Shown here: one piece after another, positions 11,384-22,609 of the stretch
How positions within the stretch are numbered: the stretch's first letter is position 1
Layout: every line of letters starts with the position of its first letter
Assembly (NCBI GenBank): GCA_028286905.1
Contig: JAQBQP010000001.1
Coordinates: 143,114 to 207,113 of the forward strand
Length of the DNA stretch: 64,000 nucleotides
Direction: 5' to 3'
From: Candidatus Doudnabacteria bacterium
GTDB taxonomy: Bacteria; Patescibacteriota; Doudnabacteria; UBA920; VMFF01
The notes under the pieces: generated by a model
What the model was told of the DNA's origin: nothing
Database searches by the model: none
The model's input: only the letters and a program-made list of their open reading frames with translations
Position numbers and translations under genes: made by a program

Positions 11384-11457
11384 GACCCACTCCTGTTGAA
11401 TCCTGTTGTATTTTACGTCCGTTGCGTTATGCCAGTCAAACAAGTAATATTTAATAT

Positions 11458-13437
11458 ATGTTTAATTTGGAATCAAAATTCAAACCTAGCGGCGATCAGC
11501 CAACGGCAATCAAAGCTTTGATAAAATCGATTAAAAATGGCAACCGCGATCAGACGCTTTTAGGCGTGACCGGATCTGGAAAAACCTTTACGATGGCGAA
11601 TATTATCCAGGAGGTACAACGTCCAACTTTAATTATTTCTCATAATAAAACTTTAGCAGCGCAGCTGGCTTCAGAGTTTCAAGAATTTTTCCCGAACAAC
11701 GCCGTGCATTACTTTGTTTCTTATTACGATTACTACCAACCAGAAGCTTATATTCCCCGCAGTGATACTTATATAGAGAAGGAAACTCAGATCAACGAAG
11801 AAATTGATCGTTTGAGGAACGCCGCTACACAAAGCCTACTAACTCGAAAGGATGTAATTATTGTCGCTTCGGTCTCTTGTATCTACGGGTTAGGCAGCCC
11901 CGAAGATTACGAAAAACTTTCTTTAACTATAAAAAAGGGTGAGAAGTTTAAACGCGACGGTTTGCTTAGACGTTTAACGGATTTGCAGTTTTCTCGCAAT
12001 GATATCGATTTACATCGCGGAACTTTTAGAGTGCGCGGTGATATTTTAGAAATTGTTTTAGCAGGCGCTGAAGTAATTGTCCGAGTTTCCTTCTTTGGCG
12101 ATGATATCGAAAGAATTTCTGAGCATGATATTTTAACCGGCGAGGACATCAAAGACCTTGATCAAATCAAGATCTTCCCAGCGAAGCATTTCGTAACAAC
12201 ACAGGAAAAGCTTCAAGCGGCCAGCGAAAATATTCGCAACGAAATGATTGAGCAAGTGGCGAAGTTTCAAAAAGAAGGCAAGTTGATTGAAGCACAAAGG
12301 ATTCAACAGCGCACTACTTTTGATTTGGAATTAATGGCTACAACCGGTTTTGTAAATGGAATAGAAAACTATTCTAGGCATTTAGATTTTCGTAGCCCTG
12401 GCGATCCGCCATCAACCTTGATGCACTACTTTCCTGATGATTTCCTAATGTTTATAGATGAATCGCATATGACCATCTCTCAAATCGGTGCGATGTATGA
12501 AGGCGACCGCAGCCGCAAACAAACTTTGATTGACTATGGTTTTAGACTGCCTTCGGCCTTAGATAATCGCCCTTTGAAATTTGCAGAGTTTGAAAAGAAA
12601 GTAAACCAAGTGGTTTATGTTTCAGCTACTCCGTCAAAATTTGAAATTGAAAAATCAAAAGATACTGTCATTGCCGAACAATTAATTCGCCCAACAGGAT
12701 TATTGGATCCGGTTATTGAGATCAAGCCAATTAAAAACCAGATTGATGATTTAATAGAAGAAGTTCGCAAAAGAGTAAGTGTGCACCAACGTGTTTTGGT
12801 AACTACTTTAACTAAAAGAATGTCTGAAGAGCTTACTGAATACATGAAGGAGCTCGGAATCAAGGTCCAGTATTTACACTCCGAAGTAGAAACCTTTGAA
12901 CGTTTAGAAATTTTGCGCGATTTACGTCTTGGAATTTTTGATGTGATTGTTGGAATTAACTTACTGCGCGAAGGATTAGATTTACCGGAAGTTTCCTTAA
13001 TTGCAATTCTAGATGCCGACAAAGAAGGCTTCTTGCGGAGCGAAACTTCGTTGATGCAAATCATCGGACGCGCCGCTCGACACGTTGAAGGAAGAGTAAT
13101 TATGTATGCCGATAAAATTACCCGTTCAATGAAAGCTGCGATCGATGAAACTGAGCGCAGAAGAAAAATCCAAACTGCGTACAATAAAAAGCATGGCATT
13201 ACTCCGCAGACAATTATAAAAGCAATTCGCGAAAGCCGCTTAGCAGGTAGCAAAATTATTGAAGAAGAAATTGATCCAGCTGATGTGCGGCATATGGATA
13301 AGCAAGAGTTGCGTTATTATACCGACGAACTTGAAGAACAAATGGACTTGGCAGCAAGAAATATGGAATTTGAAAAAGCGGCAAAGATTCGAGACAGGAT
13401 TTCAGAAATTAGAAAGATTAAGAAGCTCCGCACCTAG
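11458..13437 (+). CDS. uvrB: Excinuclease ABC subunit B
   Basis: [23 protein letters not shown]-terminal UVR motif. Confidence 0.99.
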   Translation: MFNLESKFKPSGDQPTAIKALIKSIKNGNRDQTLLGVTGSGKTFTMANIIQEVQRPTLIISHNKTLAAQLASEFQEFFPNNAVHYFVSYYDYYQPEAYIPRSDTYIEKETQINEEIDRLRNAATQSLLTRKDVIIVASVSCIYGLGSPEDYEKLSLTIKKGEKFKRDGLLRRLTDLQFSRNDIDLHRGTFRVRGDILEIVLAGAEVIVRVSFFGDDIERISEHDILTGEDIKDLDQIKIFPAKHFVTTQEKLQAASENIRNEMIEQVAKFQKEGKLIEAQRIQQRTTFDLELMATTGFVNGIENYSRHLDFRSPGDPPSTLMHYFPDDFLMFIDESHMTISQIGAMYEGDRSRKQTLIDYGFRLPSALDNRPLKFAEFEKKVNQVVYVSATPSKFEIEKSKDTVIAEQLIRPTGLLDPVIEIKPIKNQIDDLIEEVRKRVSVHQRVLVTTLTKRMSEELTEYMKELGIKVQYLHSEVETFERLEILRDLRLGIFDVIVGINLLREGLDLPEVSLIAILDADKEGFLRSETSLMQIIGRAARHVEGRVIMYADKITRSMKAAIDETERRRKIQTAYNKKHGITPQTIIKAIRESRLAGSKIIEEEIDPADVRHMDKQELRYYTDELEEQMDLAARNMEFEKAAKIRDRISEIRKIKKLRT

Positions 13438-13522
13438 GCTTGATTTAATGCACCAAACATGGTAAATTATTGCTATCCCGTTTTATCCTCTAAATAAAAC
13501 AATTAATTTATAAGCAAGCTAA

Positions 13523-13780
13523 ATGCCAAATACAAAGAGCGCCGCTAAAGCCATGAGGCAGTCAGCGCGCAAGCGTGAGTTCAATCTAAAAGTTAAAGAT
13601 GCAGTGAAGCGAAGCGTTAAGGAAGTACGTAAGCTAATCAAGGAAGGCAAGAAGACTGAAGCCGCTGAAGCAATGAAGCGCGCAATGGCCGCCCTAGATA
13701 AAGCTGCTAAGAAAGGTGTTGTTCATAAGAACCATGCCTCCCGTAAGAAATCCAGACTTGCAAAATCTTTAGCTAAATAA
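13523..13780 (+). CDS. rpsT: 30S ribosomal protein S20
   Basis: MPNTKSAAKA..LDKAAKKGVVHKNHASRKKSRL. Confidence 0.97.
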   Translation: MPNTKSAAKAMRQSARKREFNLKVKDAVKRSVKEVRKLIKEGKKTEAAEAMKRAMAALDKAAKKGVVHKNHASRKKSRLAKSLAK

Positions 13781-13796
13781 TCATCAAAAAAGCCAA

Positions 13797-13823
13797 TAAA
13801 TCCCCTGTTTTAGGGGATTTTTT
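13797..13823 (+). terminator. rpsT terminator
   Basis: AAATCCCCT GTTTT AGGGGATTT followed by a T tract. Confidence 0.8.
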
Positions 13824-13849
13824 GTTACATAACCACTATCGTCAGCTCC

Positions 13850-13878
13850 TTGACTTTTAGACGTATTTATGATACTAT
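13850..13878 (+). promoter_or_regulatory. Promoter of the lipoprotein islet
   Basis: TTGACT-17-TACTAT with extended TG. Confidence 0.65.
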
Positions 13879-13956
13879 GGTGGATACCTAATTTTAAGGT
13901 ATTCCACGCGTCGCAAGGCGCTTAGCACGTTCACAATGTCTGGGAGGACTACACAG

Positions 13957-15132
13957 ATGTTTAAGATTCGACCCAACACTCGCGTTCGCGCGGCTATTGC
14001 CATCCTGGCATTAGCCCCAGTCTTGACAGCATGCAACAGCGAGGGTGTCACCGGTGTCAGCGCCAACCCGCCGACCTACCCCGGACCCGCCGGACCGACG
14101 ATCCCTAAGAAGACCTGCTCCGACGATCCGACCACAGGACAGCCCTGCATCAACGGCTATCCCTGGAGCAGCGTCGGCGCGATCGACCTGCCAAACGCGG
14201 TAACCGCGATGCTGGTCACCCCCGATGACAAGACCGCCTACGTCGGCGAGGGCAACCTCGTTCAACAGTATGCGGTTTTGACGGACAGCCTTCCGGCCGT
14301 TCGCCTCCAGGCTGTCGGCTCTCCGATCGGGATCGCCAGCAATGGGCGGCAATTCACGCTCTGCAACGGCCAGATCACCGCTCCGTACGGCACCAGCGGC
14401 ATCAGCATGATCGACCCTGCAACACAGACGTCGATCACTCTGCCGACGCTGACCAACAACAAGATCAGCAGCCTATCGTGCTCTCCAGGGAATTCAATCC
14501 TGGTGATAACCGATACGAACGGCGCAGTGCTCCGGTACAACTACGCAACAAAGACGACGCTTCCGATTATTCGCGACACAACGCGAATGGGAGTGCCTGC
14601 CTTCGCCGCGCAGAACCCATCCGGCACCGCTTTCATCGCTGCGAACTTCTCGGAGCGATACCAGAGCGGACAAATCGGGGTAAACTCGCCGATGCTGATC
14701 AGCCTCACGAACAGCAACACCAACGGAGTGTACTTCCCATCAAGCGGCGCGGCACTGCCAATCAACGGCGTGACGTACGGCAGCTGGGCCGCGACCATCT
14801 CCGAAGACAAAAACCTTCGTGTGTATGATGCGGTGCTTCCCAACGGCCAGTTTCCGGAACACTGCATGATGCCGCTTCCGGGGATACCTACCACCGTGAC
14901 AGCCGCCGACAACAGCAACCTCCTCGCAGTCGGCGTCCCGTTTAGCGCCACCGGCAATAAGGTGATCATCTATCGCGCCAACCCTGGCCGCCAGGCAGGC
15001 TGCGACAAGATCTTCGAGGCCGACAATTCCGTCGCGAACTCGCCGATCAAGGCGCTGCACTTCAGCGCTTCTGGTGCACACCTCTTTGTCGCCAGCGGCA
15101 ATCGAATCATCGTACTGGTCGCGAACAAGTAA
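13957..15132 (+). CDS. GC-rich putative lipoprotein with beta-propeller (WD40/YVTN-like) repeats
   Basis: SD GGGAGG before ATG 13957; signal peptide ending LTAC; Pro-rich linker; blade-like VTPDDKTAYVG, CSPGNSILVI, FSASGAHLFVA. Confidence 0.75.
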   Translation: MFKIRPNTRVRAAIAILALAPVLTACNSEGVTGVSANPPTYPGPAGPTIPKKTCSDDPTTGQPCINGYPWSSVGAIDLPNAVTAMLVTPDDKTAYVGEGNLVQQYAVLTDSLPAVRLQAVGSPIGIASNGRQFTLCNGQITAPYGTSGISMIDPATQTSITLPTLTNNKISSLSCSPGNSILVITDTNGAVLRYNYATKTTLPIIRDTTRMGVPAFAAQNPSGTAFIAANFSERYQSGQIGVNSPMLISLTNSNTNGVYFPSSGAALPINGVTYGSWAATISEDKNLRVYDAVLPNGQFPEHCMMPLPGIPTTVTAADNSNLLAVGVPFSATGNKVIIYRANPGRQAGCDKIFEADNSVANSPIKALHFSASGAHLFVASGNRIIVLVANK

Positions 15133-15164
15133 GTTCGCACTACGAACGAACATCTGAAAACAAA

Positions 15165-15216
15165 CGAGCTCTCTTGGTTAACGCATTCCGCGTTATCCTC
15201 GAGAGCTCCTTTTTTT
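15165..15216 (+). terminator. Lipoprotein islet terminator
   Basis: GAGCTCTC...GAGAGCTC stem with inner TAACGC/GCGTTA pairing, then a T tract. Confidence 0.7.
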
Positions 15217-15231
15217 ATTTTTAAATTTTAT

Positions 15232-17991
15232 TTAATTCATCTCGCCCCAGTTTTGTCCGACTTTAGATTCCGCCACCAACGGCACATTTAACTTGTAAGC
15301 GTTCTGCATGATTTCTTTAATCTGTTTTGCGTATTTTTCTTCTGTCCCTTTTTTTACTTCGAAGACTAATTCATCGTGGACCTGAAGGAGTAATTTTATT
15401 TCCTCAGATTGGATGTTTATTTCTTTTACAACGTTTTGCATTGCAATTTTTAAGATATCCGCGGCTAAGGATTGAATTGGCATGTTAATTGCAGCGCGTT
15501 CGGCTGCGGCGCGAACCATAAACTGCGAGGAGTTCAACTCTGGCATATAAAGTTTTCGACCTGCTTCATTTATAACGTAACCGCTCTTCTTAGCTTCTTC
15601 AATTACTACCTTCAAATACTTTTCTACTGACGGGAAGCGTTGAAAGTATTTTTTTATAAAGTCCGCAGCCTCAGCTCGGTTCATCGCTACACGCTCCGAT
15701 AACCCAAAGGAGGAGACCCCGTAAAGAACTCCAAAGTTTATAGTTTTGGCGTCGCGACGCATCTCTTTGGTAATTTTGGACGCATCCCTGATATCATAAA
15801 GCTGCATTGCCGTTGCAGTATGAATATCTTCATTGCTCTTAAAAACTTCGGTCATTGTTTTGTCACCGGACAAATGCGCCACTACTCGTAATTCGATTTG
15901 TGAATAATCTACTGCTAACAGTAAATTACCTGGTGCAGCAATAAATCCTTTTCTAATTTCGCTGGCTACGCCGCTGCTGCCAACTGGAATGTTTTGTAAA
16001 TTTGGATTTGTTGAAGAAAGCCTTCCGGTAGAAGCGATAGTTTGATTATAGTTCGTATGCAATCGGCCATCTTTTTTTGAAACCTGGGAAGGTAAAGTAG
16101 TAATGTAGGTCGACTGTAACTTAGTTAGCTCGCGATATCCGGAAATTGCATCAATGATCGGATGCAGGCCACGCATCTTTTCCAACTCTGAAGCGGCAGT
16201 AGAATAGCCTGTTTTTGTTTTCTTTATAAAACCAACCTGCTTTTGCAGCTCCATCTTATCAAACAAAATTACTTTCATTTGAGTGGGAGAGTTTATATTA
16301 AATTCCTCACCCGCCAATTCATGAATTTTCTTTTCTAATTTATTAATTTCTTTCTGAACTTCCTTTTCCAGTCTTTTGAAAAGTGGTATATCAAGTAAGA
16401 TTCCATTTTCTTCTATTTCGGCAAGGATCAAAATCAAAGGCATTTCGATTTTAAAGAATACATCCAGTAAGTTTTCCTGCTCTAATCTTGGCAGTAGTAT
16501 TTTTTTTAAACGAAATGTGTAATCGACGTCTTCACAACCATAAAAAGTAATTTTATCCAGCGGCACATCCCTCATATTCCCCTGGTCCTTGCCTTTACCA
16601 ATCAGCTCCGCGATCGGCTGCATCTGATAGCCAAACTCATTAAAAGCCAAACTATCCAAGTCGTGAGTACGCGAACCTGGCGCTAGCAAATAAGAAGCGA
16701 TCATCGTATCGAAGTACAAATTTTTTACTTCTATTCCAAATTGTTTTAAAACTAAATAATCGTATTTTATATTGTGCGCGATTTTCCCAATTTTCGGATC
16801 GGAAAAAACTTTGCGCAAACCATCAAAGTCGTTTACTAACAACAAGCTAGCAGGAACATAATAAGCTTCGCCCTCTGCGTACGAGAAGGATATTCCGACC
16901 AAATCAAATTCTAGCGCACCCAAACCTTCGTTTTCGGTGTCGAATGCGAATTCTTTTTGCTTCAAAAGATTAGTTGATAGTTGGTGCAGTTTTTCTGCAG
17001 TATCAATTAAATAATACTTATCACTTTTCTTTGCCTCGATCTTTACCGCATCTTCTGCACTAAGTTCCTTTCGGCCTTCAACTTTTGGCAGCTTCGGAAT
17101 CAGTGATTTAAATTCCAGCTCCTGGAAGATTTGAACAATCACTTCGTAATTAATTTCTGAGAATTTATAAGGAAGGAAATTAAAGTCAATTGGTACATCG
17201 CAAATAATCTTCGACAGATCGTAAGACATTTCAATTTGTTCGCGATCGGTTTCAAATACTGAATATTTTTTTGCTTTGGCTTTAACCTTATCCAAATTTT
17301 TAAAAATGTTTTCTAAGCTGCCAAATTCTTTTACCAAATCTAAAGCGCCTTTCTCTCCAATACCCGGCGCGCCGGGAATGTTATCTGAGGGATCACCTTT
17401 AATTGCTTTAAAGTCTAAGATCTGGGAAGGCTTAATTCCGTACCTTTCGAAGATCGCTTCCTTATTATATATTCTGGCATCAGCAAGACCCTGAACTGCA
17501 GCGTAAATTTTTACGTGATCAGTGACCAACTGCAATGTATCTAAATCTCCGGTAACGATAAATACTTCGAAGTCAGTTGCTTTGTTTTCTTCTTGAATCT
17601 TTTGCGCCAAAGTGCCGAGCATGTCATCTGCTTCAAACCCTTTCATCTCATAAATGGGAATGCCAAGGTTTTTTACCACTTCTTTTATTCTCGGAAATTG
17701 AGCGTACAGTTCGTCGGCAGCTTTAACTCTGGTTCCTTTATATTCTTTGTATTTCTCATGTCGAAAAGTTGGCGACGCCAAATCAAAGGTCAGCGCAATA
17801 TGAGTCGGATTCAGATCTTTAATCGCCTTAAGTAAGATCACAGCAAAACCGTAAACTGCGTTAGTCGGTTCGCCACTTTTAGTAGAGAGATGCTGGATAG
17901 CGTGAAAAGCCCGATGCACCAAAGCATTTCCATCCACAAGCATGTACTTTTTAGAGTTTTTCTTAGTTTTTGTGCCAGTTGTTGTAGCCAT
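15232..17991 (-). CDS. polA: DNA polymerase I
   Basis: 5'-3' exo (DGNALVHRAFHA, GDPSDNIPG), TGRLSSTNPNLQNIP, DYSQIELR, LQVHDEL. Confidence 0.99.
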   Translation of the reverse strand: MATTTGTKTKKNSKKYMLVDGNALVHRAFHAIQHLSTKSGEPTNAVYGFAVILLKAIKDLNPTHIALTFDLASPTFRHEKYKEYKGTRVKAADELYAQFPRIKEVVKNLGIPIYEMKGFEADDMLGTLAQKIQEENKATDFEVFIVTGDLDTLQLVTDHVKIYAAVQGLADARIYNKEAIFERYGIKPSQILDFKAIKGDPSDNIPGAPGIGEKGALDLVKEFGSLENIFKNLDKVKAKAKKYSVFETDREQIEMSYDLSKIICDVPIDFNFLPYKFSEINYEVIVQIFQELEFKSLIPKLPKVEGRKELSAEDAVKIEAKKSDKYYLIDTAEKLHQLSTNLLKQKEFAFDTENEGLGALEFDLVGISFSYAEGEAYYVPASLLLVNDFDGLRKVFSDPKIGKIAHNIKYDYLVLKQFGIEVKNLYFDTMIASYLLAPGSRTHDLDSLAFNEFGYQMQPIAELIGKGKDQGNMRDVPLDKITFYGCEDVDYTFRLKKILLPRLEQENLLDVFFKIEMPLILILAEIEENGILLDIPLFKRLEKEVQKEINKLEKKIHELAGEEFNINSPTQMKVILFDKMELQKQVGFIKKTKTGYSTAASELEKMRGLHPIIDAISGYRELTKLQSTYITTLPSQVSKKDGRLHTNYNQTIASTGRLSSTNPNLQNIPVGSSGVASEIRKGFIAAPGNLLLAVDYSQIELRVVAHLSGDKTMTEVFKSNEDIHTATAMQLYDIRDASKITKEMRRDAKTINFGVLYGVSSFGLSERVAMNRAEAADFIKKYFQRFPSVEKYLKVVIEEAKKSGYVINEAGRKLYMPELNSSQFMVRAAAERAAINMPIQSLAADILKIAMQNVVKEINIQSEEIKLLLQVHDELVFEVKKGTEEKYAKQIKEIMQNAYKLNVPLVAESKVGQNWGEMN

Positions 17992-18063
17992 ATATAAGAT
18001 TATAGCAGGTTAATTTAAAGAAAAAACACCGCGATATCCAATCGCGGTGTAAGCCTAATTTAA

Positions 18064-19698
18064 CTATTCTTGTGTTACTCTAAACACTTCTTCAACATCG
18101 GTTAAGCCTTGTAGCGCTTTTAGCAACCCGTCCTGCATCATTGTAATCATACCTTCAGCCAACATCGCCTTTTTAATTTCTCCACTGCCGGCGCCGGACA
18201 TAATCAATTTTTCTAAAAGATCAGATTTAACAATTACCTCGTAAATTCCAAGCCGGCCTTTGTAACCACTCTTGTTACAAGCTTGGCAACCTTTTGCGCT
18301 ATAAAATTTTAATTCTTTTGGAATTTGCACTTCTGCTTTTGAAGAGATAGTTTCAAAAATATCTTTTACTTTTTTCAACAGATCCAGTTCCAAAGATTTT
18401 TCCTGTTTGCACTCCTTGCACAAAAGCCGGACTAAGCGCTGTGCGATAATCGCATTCAAACCTGGGGCGATTACAAACGGCTTCACGCCCATGTTCTCTA
18501 ATCTTGGAATTGCACCCGCAGCGTCATTGGTGTGCAAAGTAGAAAGCACGACGTGCCCAGTTAACGCGGCTTGCAAAGCTACTTCCGCTGTTTCCTGATC
18601 TCGAATTTCTCCAACCATCACCACATCGGGATCTTGTCTTAAAATAGAGCGTAACCCTGAAGCGAAGGTCAGACCTCCACCAATTGGAGTTTGGTTAATT
18701 CCTTCCAACTTATATTCCACCGGATCTTCGAGAGTAATAATTTTTACCCCTGGCTCGTTAAGCTGATTTAGAAAAGCGTATAAGGTTGTGGTCTTACCAG
18801 AGCCAGTTGGTCCGGTGGTTATGATCATACCGTTGGGCTTTTCCAATTCGGCTTTGATCAAATCGTAAGACCGTCCGACAAAACCCAAATCATCCAAGTG
18901 CAAATTAACCGCTTGGTTTGAGAGCACTCGCATCACAATTCCCTCGCCATAAACTGAAGGCAAAATCGAAACACGAACATCAATTGATTTTAAGCCGATC
19001 GTAAAAGAGAGCCTGCCATCTTGAGGAACATTTTCAATGTTCAATTTCAGTTTCGATAAAATTTTAATTCTCGAAACAATTGTTTTTTGATAATCTTTAG
19101 AAAGTCTTAAAACATCCTGCAGCACGCCATCCATCCTAAATCGAACCTTTATATAGGTTTCTTCAGGTTCAATATGTATATCCGAACTGCCATAATTATT
19201 TGCGGCTCCAAAAATTGTCGCTAATATCTGGGTCGCTGGCAAACCTGTTTTATTTTCTAAGACCTTCAGCTCAGGGATATAATCCTTTTGTGGCTGAACC
19301 TTAACCACCTCTTCAGTAACTGCCTTAACCCGGACGATTTTATCGAACAAATCAAACATTTGCTTCAAGCTGCTTTGAGAAATAAAATAAACCTGAGATT
19401 TAAATTTTTCATTTTCCAAATCCTGTACCAGTTTTTTCAACAATGGATTGTGCGGCTCGGTACTGCCAATTCTAATATCGTTACCATCCTTAAAAAAAAT
19501 CACCGAACTTGATTCTTTACTGTCTCGTGCCGACCACATCCCCATTGCATTTAAATCAACAGGAAAAGATGATAGGTCAATGTAAGGAACCTTCAAAGCC
19601 AAAGACTTCTCAGCCGCCTGATCTTCTTCCATCTTTCTATTAGCGCTCGAAAATTTTCTTAAAAAATCTTTTTGTTTCTGATCATCTTGAAATAACAT
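18064..19698 (-). CDS. GspE/PilB family pilus assembly ATPase
   Basis: SDIHIEP, TGPTGSGKTTTLY, LRQDPDVVMVGEIRD, two CxxC motifs. Confidence 0.95.
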   Translation of the reverse strand: MLFQDDQKQKDFLRKFSSANRKMEEDQAAEKSLALKVPYIDLSSFPVDLNAMGMWSARDSKESSSVIFFKDGNDIRIGSTEPHNPLLKKLVQDLENEKFKSQVYFISQSSLKQMFDLFDKIVRVKAVTEEVVKVQPQKDYIPELKVLENKTGLPATQILATIFGAANNYGSSDIHIEPEETYIKVRFRMDGVLQDVLRLSKDYQKTIVSRIKILSKLKLNIENVPQDGRLSFTIGLKSIDVRVSILPSVYGEGIVMRVLSNQAVNLHLDDLGFVGRSYDLIKAELEKPNGMIITTGPTGSGKTTTLYAFLNQLNEPGVKIITLEDPVEYKLEGINQTPIGGGLTFASGLRSILRQDPDVVMVGEIRDQETAEVALQAALTGHVVLSTLHTNDAAGAIPRLENMGVKPFVIAPGLNAIIAQRLVRLLCKECKQEKSLELDLLKKVKDIFETISSKAEVQIPKELKFYSAKGCQACNKSGYKGRLGIYEVIVKSDLLEKLIMSGAGSGEIKKAMLAEGMITMMQDGLLKALQGLTDVEEVFRVTQE

Positions 19699-19710
19699 AC
19701 CTCAAGTATA

Positions 19711-20856
19711 CTACAGTCCTAATCGTGGCTTCAACTCAGTTAGAGCCTTAACAATTATACTTTCAACTTCTGTGATCGCTTTGTCCTTAATTTCAAATTT
19801 TGCCAATGAATCCGATACAAAACTGCCGCCGAAATAATTTACTAATTCTTGAAGCTTAATGTTCGGGTTTGAACTTACAAATACTTCAACAAAATTTTGT
19901 TGTTCAACCGCTAAAAATGAAAGTTTTGAATCGGTAATACTTGCCGCAAGGTCCTCAGCAACTTTCAAAATTACGACTTGATCCGCTTCTGATTTTTCGA
20001 TATCCTGTAAACTGACTACTGAGTAAGTGCTTGAAAATTCCGGCAAGGCTTTGATTCGAGCCATCGCTCTGCCCCAAAGCTTTAAAACCGGAAGCTCCTT
20101 GGTTTTAAATAAATTTTTTATAATTTCCTGTTGCTTTGCGCCCAAGGAAATTAATTCTGAAGCTTTCAAAAAAGAATTCGGTGTAGTTTTATTATGCTGA
20201 AAACTGTTTGTTTCGGCGATAATCCCAGTTAAAAGATTTGTGGCGATCCGTTCATCAATTAAACCGCCTTCATATTTTTTCAAAAGGTCTAGCAAAATCT
20301 CAGACGTAGACGAAGCGGTAACATCGACAATATTAATATTCGCATAGTTATCGTTAGTGATGTGATTATCAATATTAACCTTTGGAATACTGAAAAACAT
20401 TTCCGCATTTTTTTCATACAAAGCGCCAAGTGACTCTAGCGAAGGCGTATCGATGCAAATAATTAAATCAAATCCTGGAAATTCGCTGTTGAAGCTAAGA
20501 TCTTTTTCTGAAAAATTTCCTTGTTTTGGCTTCAAGTAAATATTCACCTTGTCAGGCAAAACATTATAGCTAAGCTCTTCAAGCTTCGCGTTTTCAGTAG
20601 AAAGGGATATCACGAAACTTTTTGGGAAAACTATTTCGTGTTTAATTGTTTCAACGCCTGGCAAAAACGAAAGGTTTCCAAAATCTTCTTTTTGGCAATA
20701 AATTTCTACTTGCTTATTCATTTTTTTCAAGAATTCAGCCAAAGCTAAACTGCCGCCGAGGGTATCGCCATTCGGACTAGCTGGTAAAGCCATTATAATT
20801 CTTTGGGATTTACCTAAAAGTTCAAATAATTGTTCAACTTCTGGGAGTTCGAGCAT
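19711..20856 (-). CDS. DHH family phosphoesterase-like protein (degenerate motifs)
   Basis: PNGDTLGG, NIDNH in place of DHH, SSTSEI, GIIAETNSF. Confidence 0.8.
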   Translation of the reverse strand: MLELPEVEQLFELLGKSQRIIMALPASPNGDTLGGSLALAEFLKKMNKQVEIYCQKEDFGNLSFLPGVETIKHEIVFPKSFVISLSTENAKLEELSYNVLPDKVNIYLKPKQGNFSEKDLSFNSEFPGFDLIICIDTPSLESLGALYEKNAEMFFSIPKVNIDNHITNDNYANINIVDVTASSTSEILLDLLKKYEGGLIDERIATNLLTGIIAETNSFQHNKTTPNSFLKASELISLGAKQQEIIKNLFKTKELPVLKLWGRAMARIKALPEFSSTYSVVSLQDIEKSEADQVVILKVAEDLAASITDSKLSFLAVEQQNFVEVFVSSNPNIKLQELVNYFGGSFVSDSLAKFEIKDKAITEVESIIVKALTELKPRLGL

Positions 20857-20912
20857 AGTTGATCAATATACCGAAAATAGCCTTTTTTCGCAAGTGCTGA
20901 TAAAATGAGCTT

Positions 20913-21374
20913 ATGAATATTGAGATTCTCTCGCTTTCAGAGCTAAAAATGTTCGCCAAGAAAATTGCGACAAATCTAAAAGGGGGCGAAACTATTGCTT
21001 TAATTGGCAATCTTGGAGCAGGTAAAACAACCTTTACTAAACTATTACTTAAGGCATCTGGCGTTCGTAAAAACATTACAAGCCCAACCTTTGTAATTAT
21101 GTTACCCTATAAGACCAAGCATTGGACATTTTACCATATCGACCTTTACCGAATTGGCAGCTATAAAGAAGTACAGGCATTGGGAATTCCGGATAACTGG
21201 AACAGGCGGTCAAATGTCTTCGTCATAGAGTGGGCGGATCTAATCAAAAAACATCTGCCAAAAAATACAATATTTTTAGAATTTAAAGTCAGTGAGTCAT
21301 CCGACTCAACAACTGCCAGAACCATAACCATAAAAAATGCCTCGAAAGTTTTTCAGAAAAATATTAGTCGTTAG
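20913..21374 (+). CDS. tsaE: t6A biosynthesis ATPase TsaE
   Basis: GNLGAGKTTF, ITSPTF, HIDLYRI, VIEWAD. Confidence 0.95.
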   Translation: MNIEILSLSELKMFAKKIATNLKGGETIALIGNLGAGKTTFTKLLLKASGVRKNITSPTFVIMLPYKTKHWTFYHIDLYRIGSYKEVQALGIPDNWNRRSNVFVIEWADLIKKHLPKNTIFLEFKVSESSDSTTARTITIKNASKVFQKNISR

Positions 21375-22602
21375 CACATTTATCCTTGCGATTAGCGCAT
21401 TAAGTCCTTTCAATTATGCAAAAGCGGCTCCAGCTACAGCCGCTTTTGTATTACACTCTTATAACAAAGACTATCCGATCAGCGCAAGCGATTTACAAAA
21501 TTGGCAAACTGCTTCGGGGCAGGGCGAAACATATGTTTCCTTCAGTCCAGAACAAGACCTAAACAGCTACGTTCTTAGCGAACTAGGCTTGCAAGATAAA
21601 GCATCAAGCCATCTTCATTTTGAGCAATATAACATCTCCTCTATATATAAAACTTTAAAGGCGATTGAAGCAGAAATTAACATCGATCCAGCAGATGCGA
21701 AGATGACAATTCAAAATGTTGATGGATTAGACCGGGTAACCGATTTTAACCCAGGAATAAATGGTGAGGATTTGGATGTTAAAAGTTCAATAAACAACAT
21801 CGTAACCGCCTTGTCTGAAAATAAAACTACTGCAAATCTAAACATTACCGAAACATTACCTTCAAAAACCTTGGCAACAACAAACAACCTTGGTATTAAT
21901 GAACTGGTTGCGTATGGTGAATCAAATTACTCCGGTTCTCCAAAAAACAGAATCTTTAATATCAAAGTTGGAGTTCAAAAAGAAGCTGGTATTTTAATTA
22001 AGCCTGGCGAAGAATTTTCTTTTAATAAATATCTTGGACCGGTGGATGGCGATCATGGCTTTCTTCCTGAACTAGTAATTAAGGGCGCCGAGGGAACGGT
22101 TCCAGAATTTGGTGGTGGCCTTTGCCAGGTTTCTTCAACAGTCTTTCGAGCGGCAATGAACGCAGGGCTGCCAATTACAGCCCGACGAAACCATTCTTAC
22201 GCCGTAAGCTACTACGCTCCCCAAGGAACTGATGCTACTATCTATCCGGGTGTTCAGGATATGAAATTTGTTAATGATTCTCCCGCGACTCTTTTGGTCT
22301 GGCCCGAACTATCCGATAAAAACATCTTGCGTTTCTATTTATACGGAACTAAAGATACTCGACAGGTAAGCTTCGATGGTCCGCACACTTTTGATAAACA
22401 AGCGAGCGGTGCGATGAAAGCGGTTTGGACCAGATTTATAACTTCCGCTGACGGCACTGTTAAAAAAGATGTCTTTAACAGCAACTACCAATCTCCTGCG
22501 TTATTCCATAAGACCACCACCGCGGAAAATCCTGTTCCGACAACTCCGCCATTAAATACCACTCCGATTACCAGTCCGCCACTTACGCCAATAACCCAAT
22601 AG
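21337..22602 (+). CDS. VanW family exported protein
   Basis: Signal peptide; PGEEFSFN, GGGLCQVSSTVFRA, RRNHS, GTDATI. Confidence 0.9.
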   Translation: MPRKFFRKILVVSTFILAISALSPFNYAKAAPATAAFVLHSYNKDYPISASDLQNWQTASGQGETYVSFSPEQDLNSYVLSELGLQDKASSHLHFEQYNISSIYKTLKAIEAEINIDPADAKMTIQNVDGLDRVTDFNPGINGEDLDVKSSINNIVTALSENKTTANLNITETLPSKTLATTNNLGINELVAYGESNYSGSPKNRIFNIKVGVQKEAGILIKPGEEFSFNKYLGPVDGDHGFLPELVIKGAEGTVPEFGGGLCQVSSTVFRAAMNAGLPITARRNHSYAVSYYAPQGTDATIYPGVQDMKFVNDSPATLLVWPELSDKNILRFYLYGTKDTRQVSFDGPHTFDKQASGAMKAVWTRFITSADGTVKKDVFNSNYQSPALFHKTTTAENPVPTTPPLNTTPITSPPLTPITQ

Positions 22603-22609
22603 CAAAATT

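Noticed and set aside
11156-11521. 121-aa plus-strand ORF
   Set aside because: Overlaps uvrB; promoter, SD and terminator all support the minus-strand ORF
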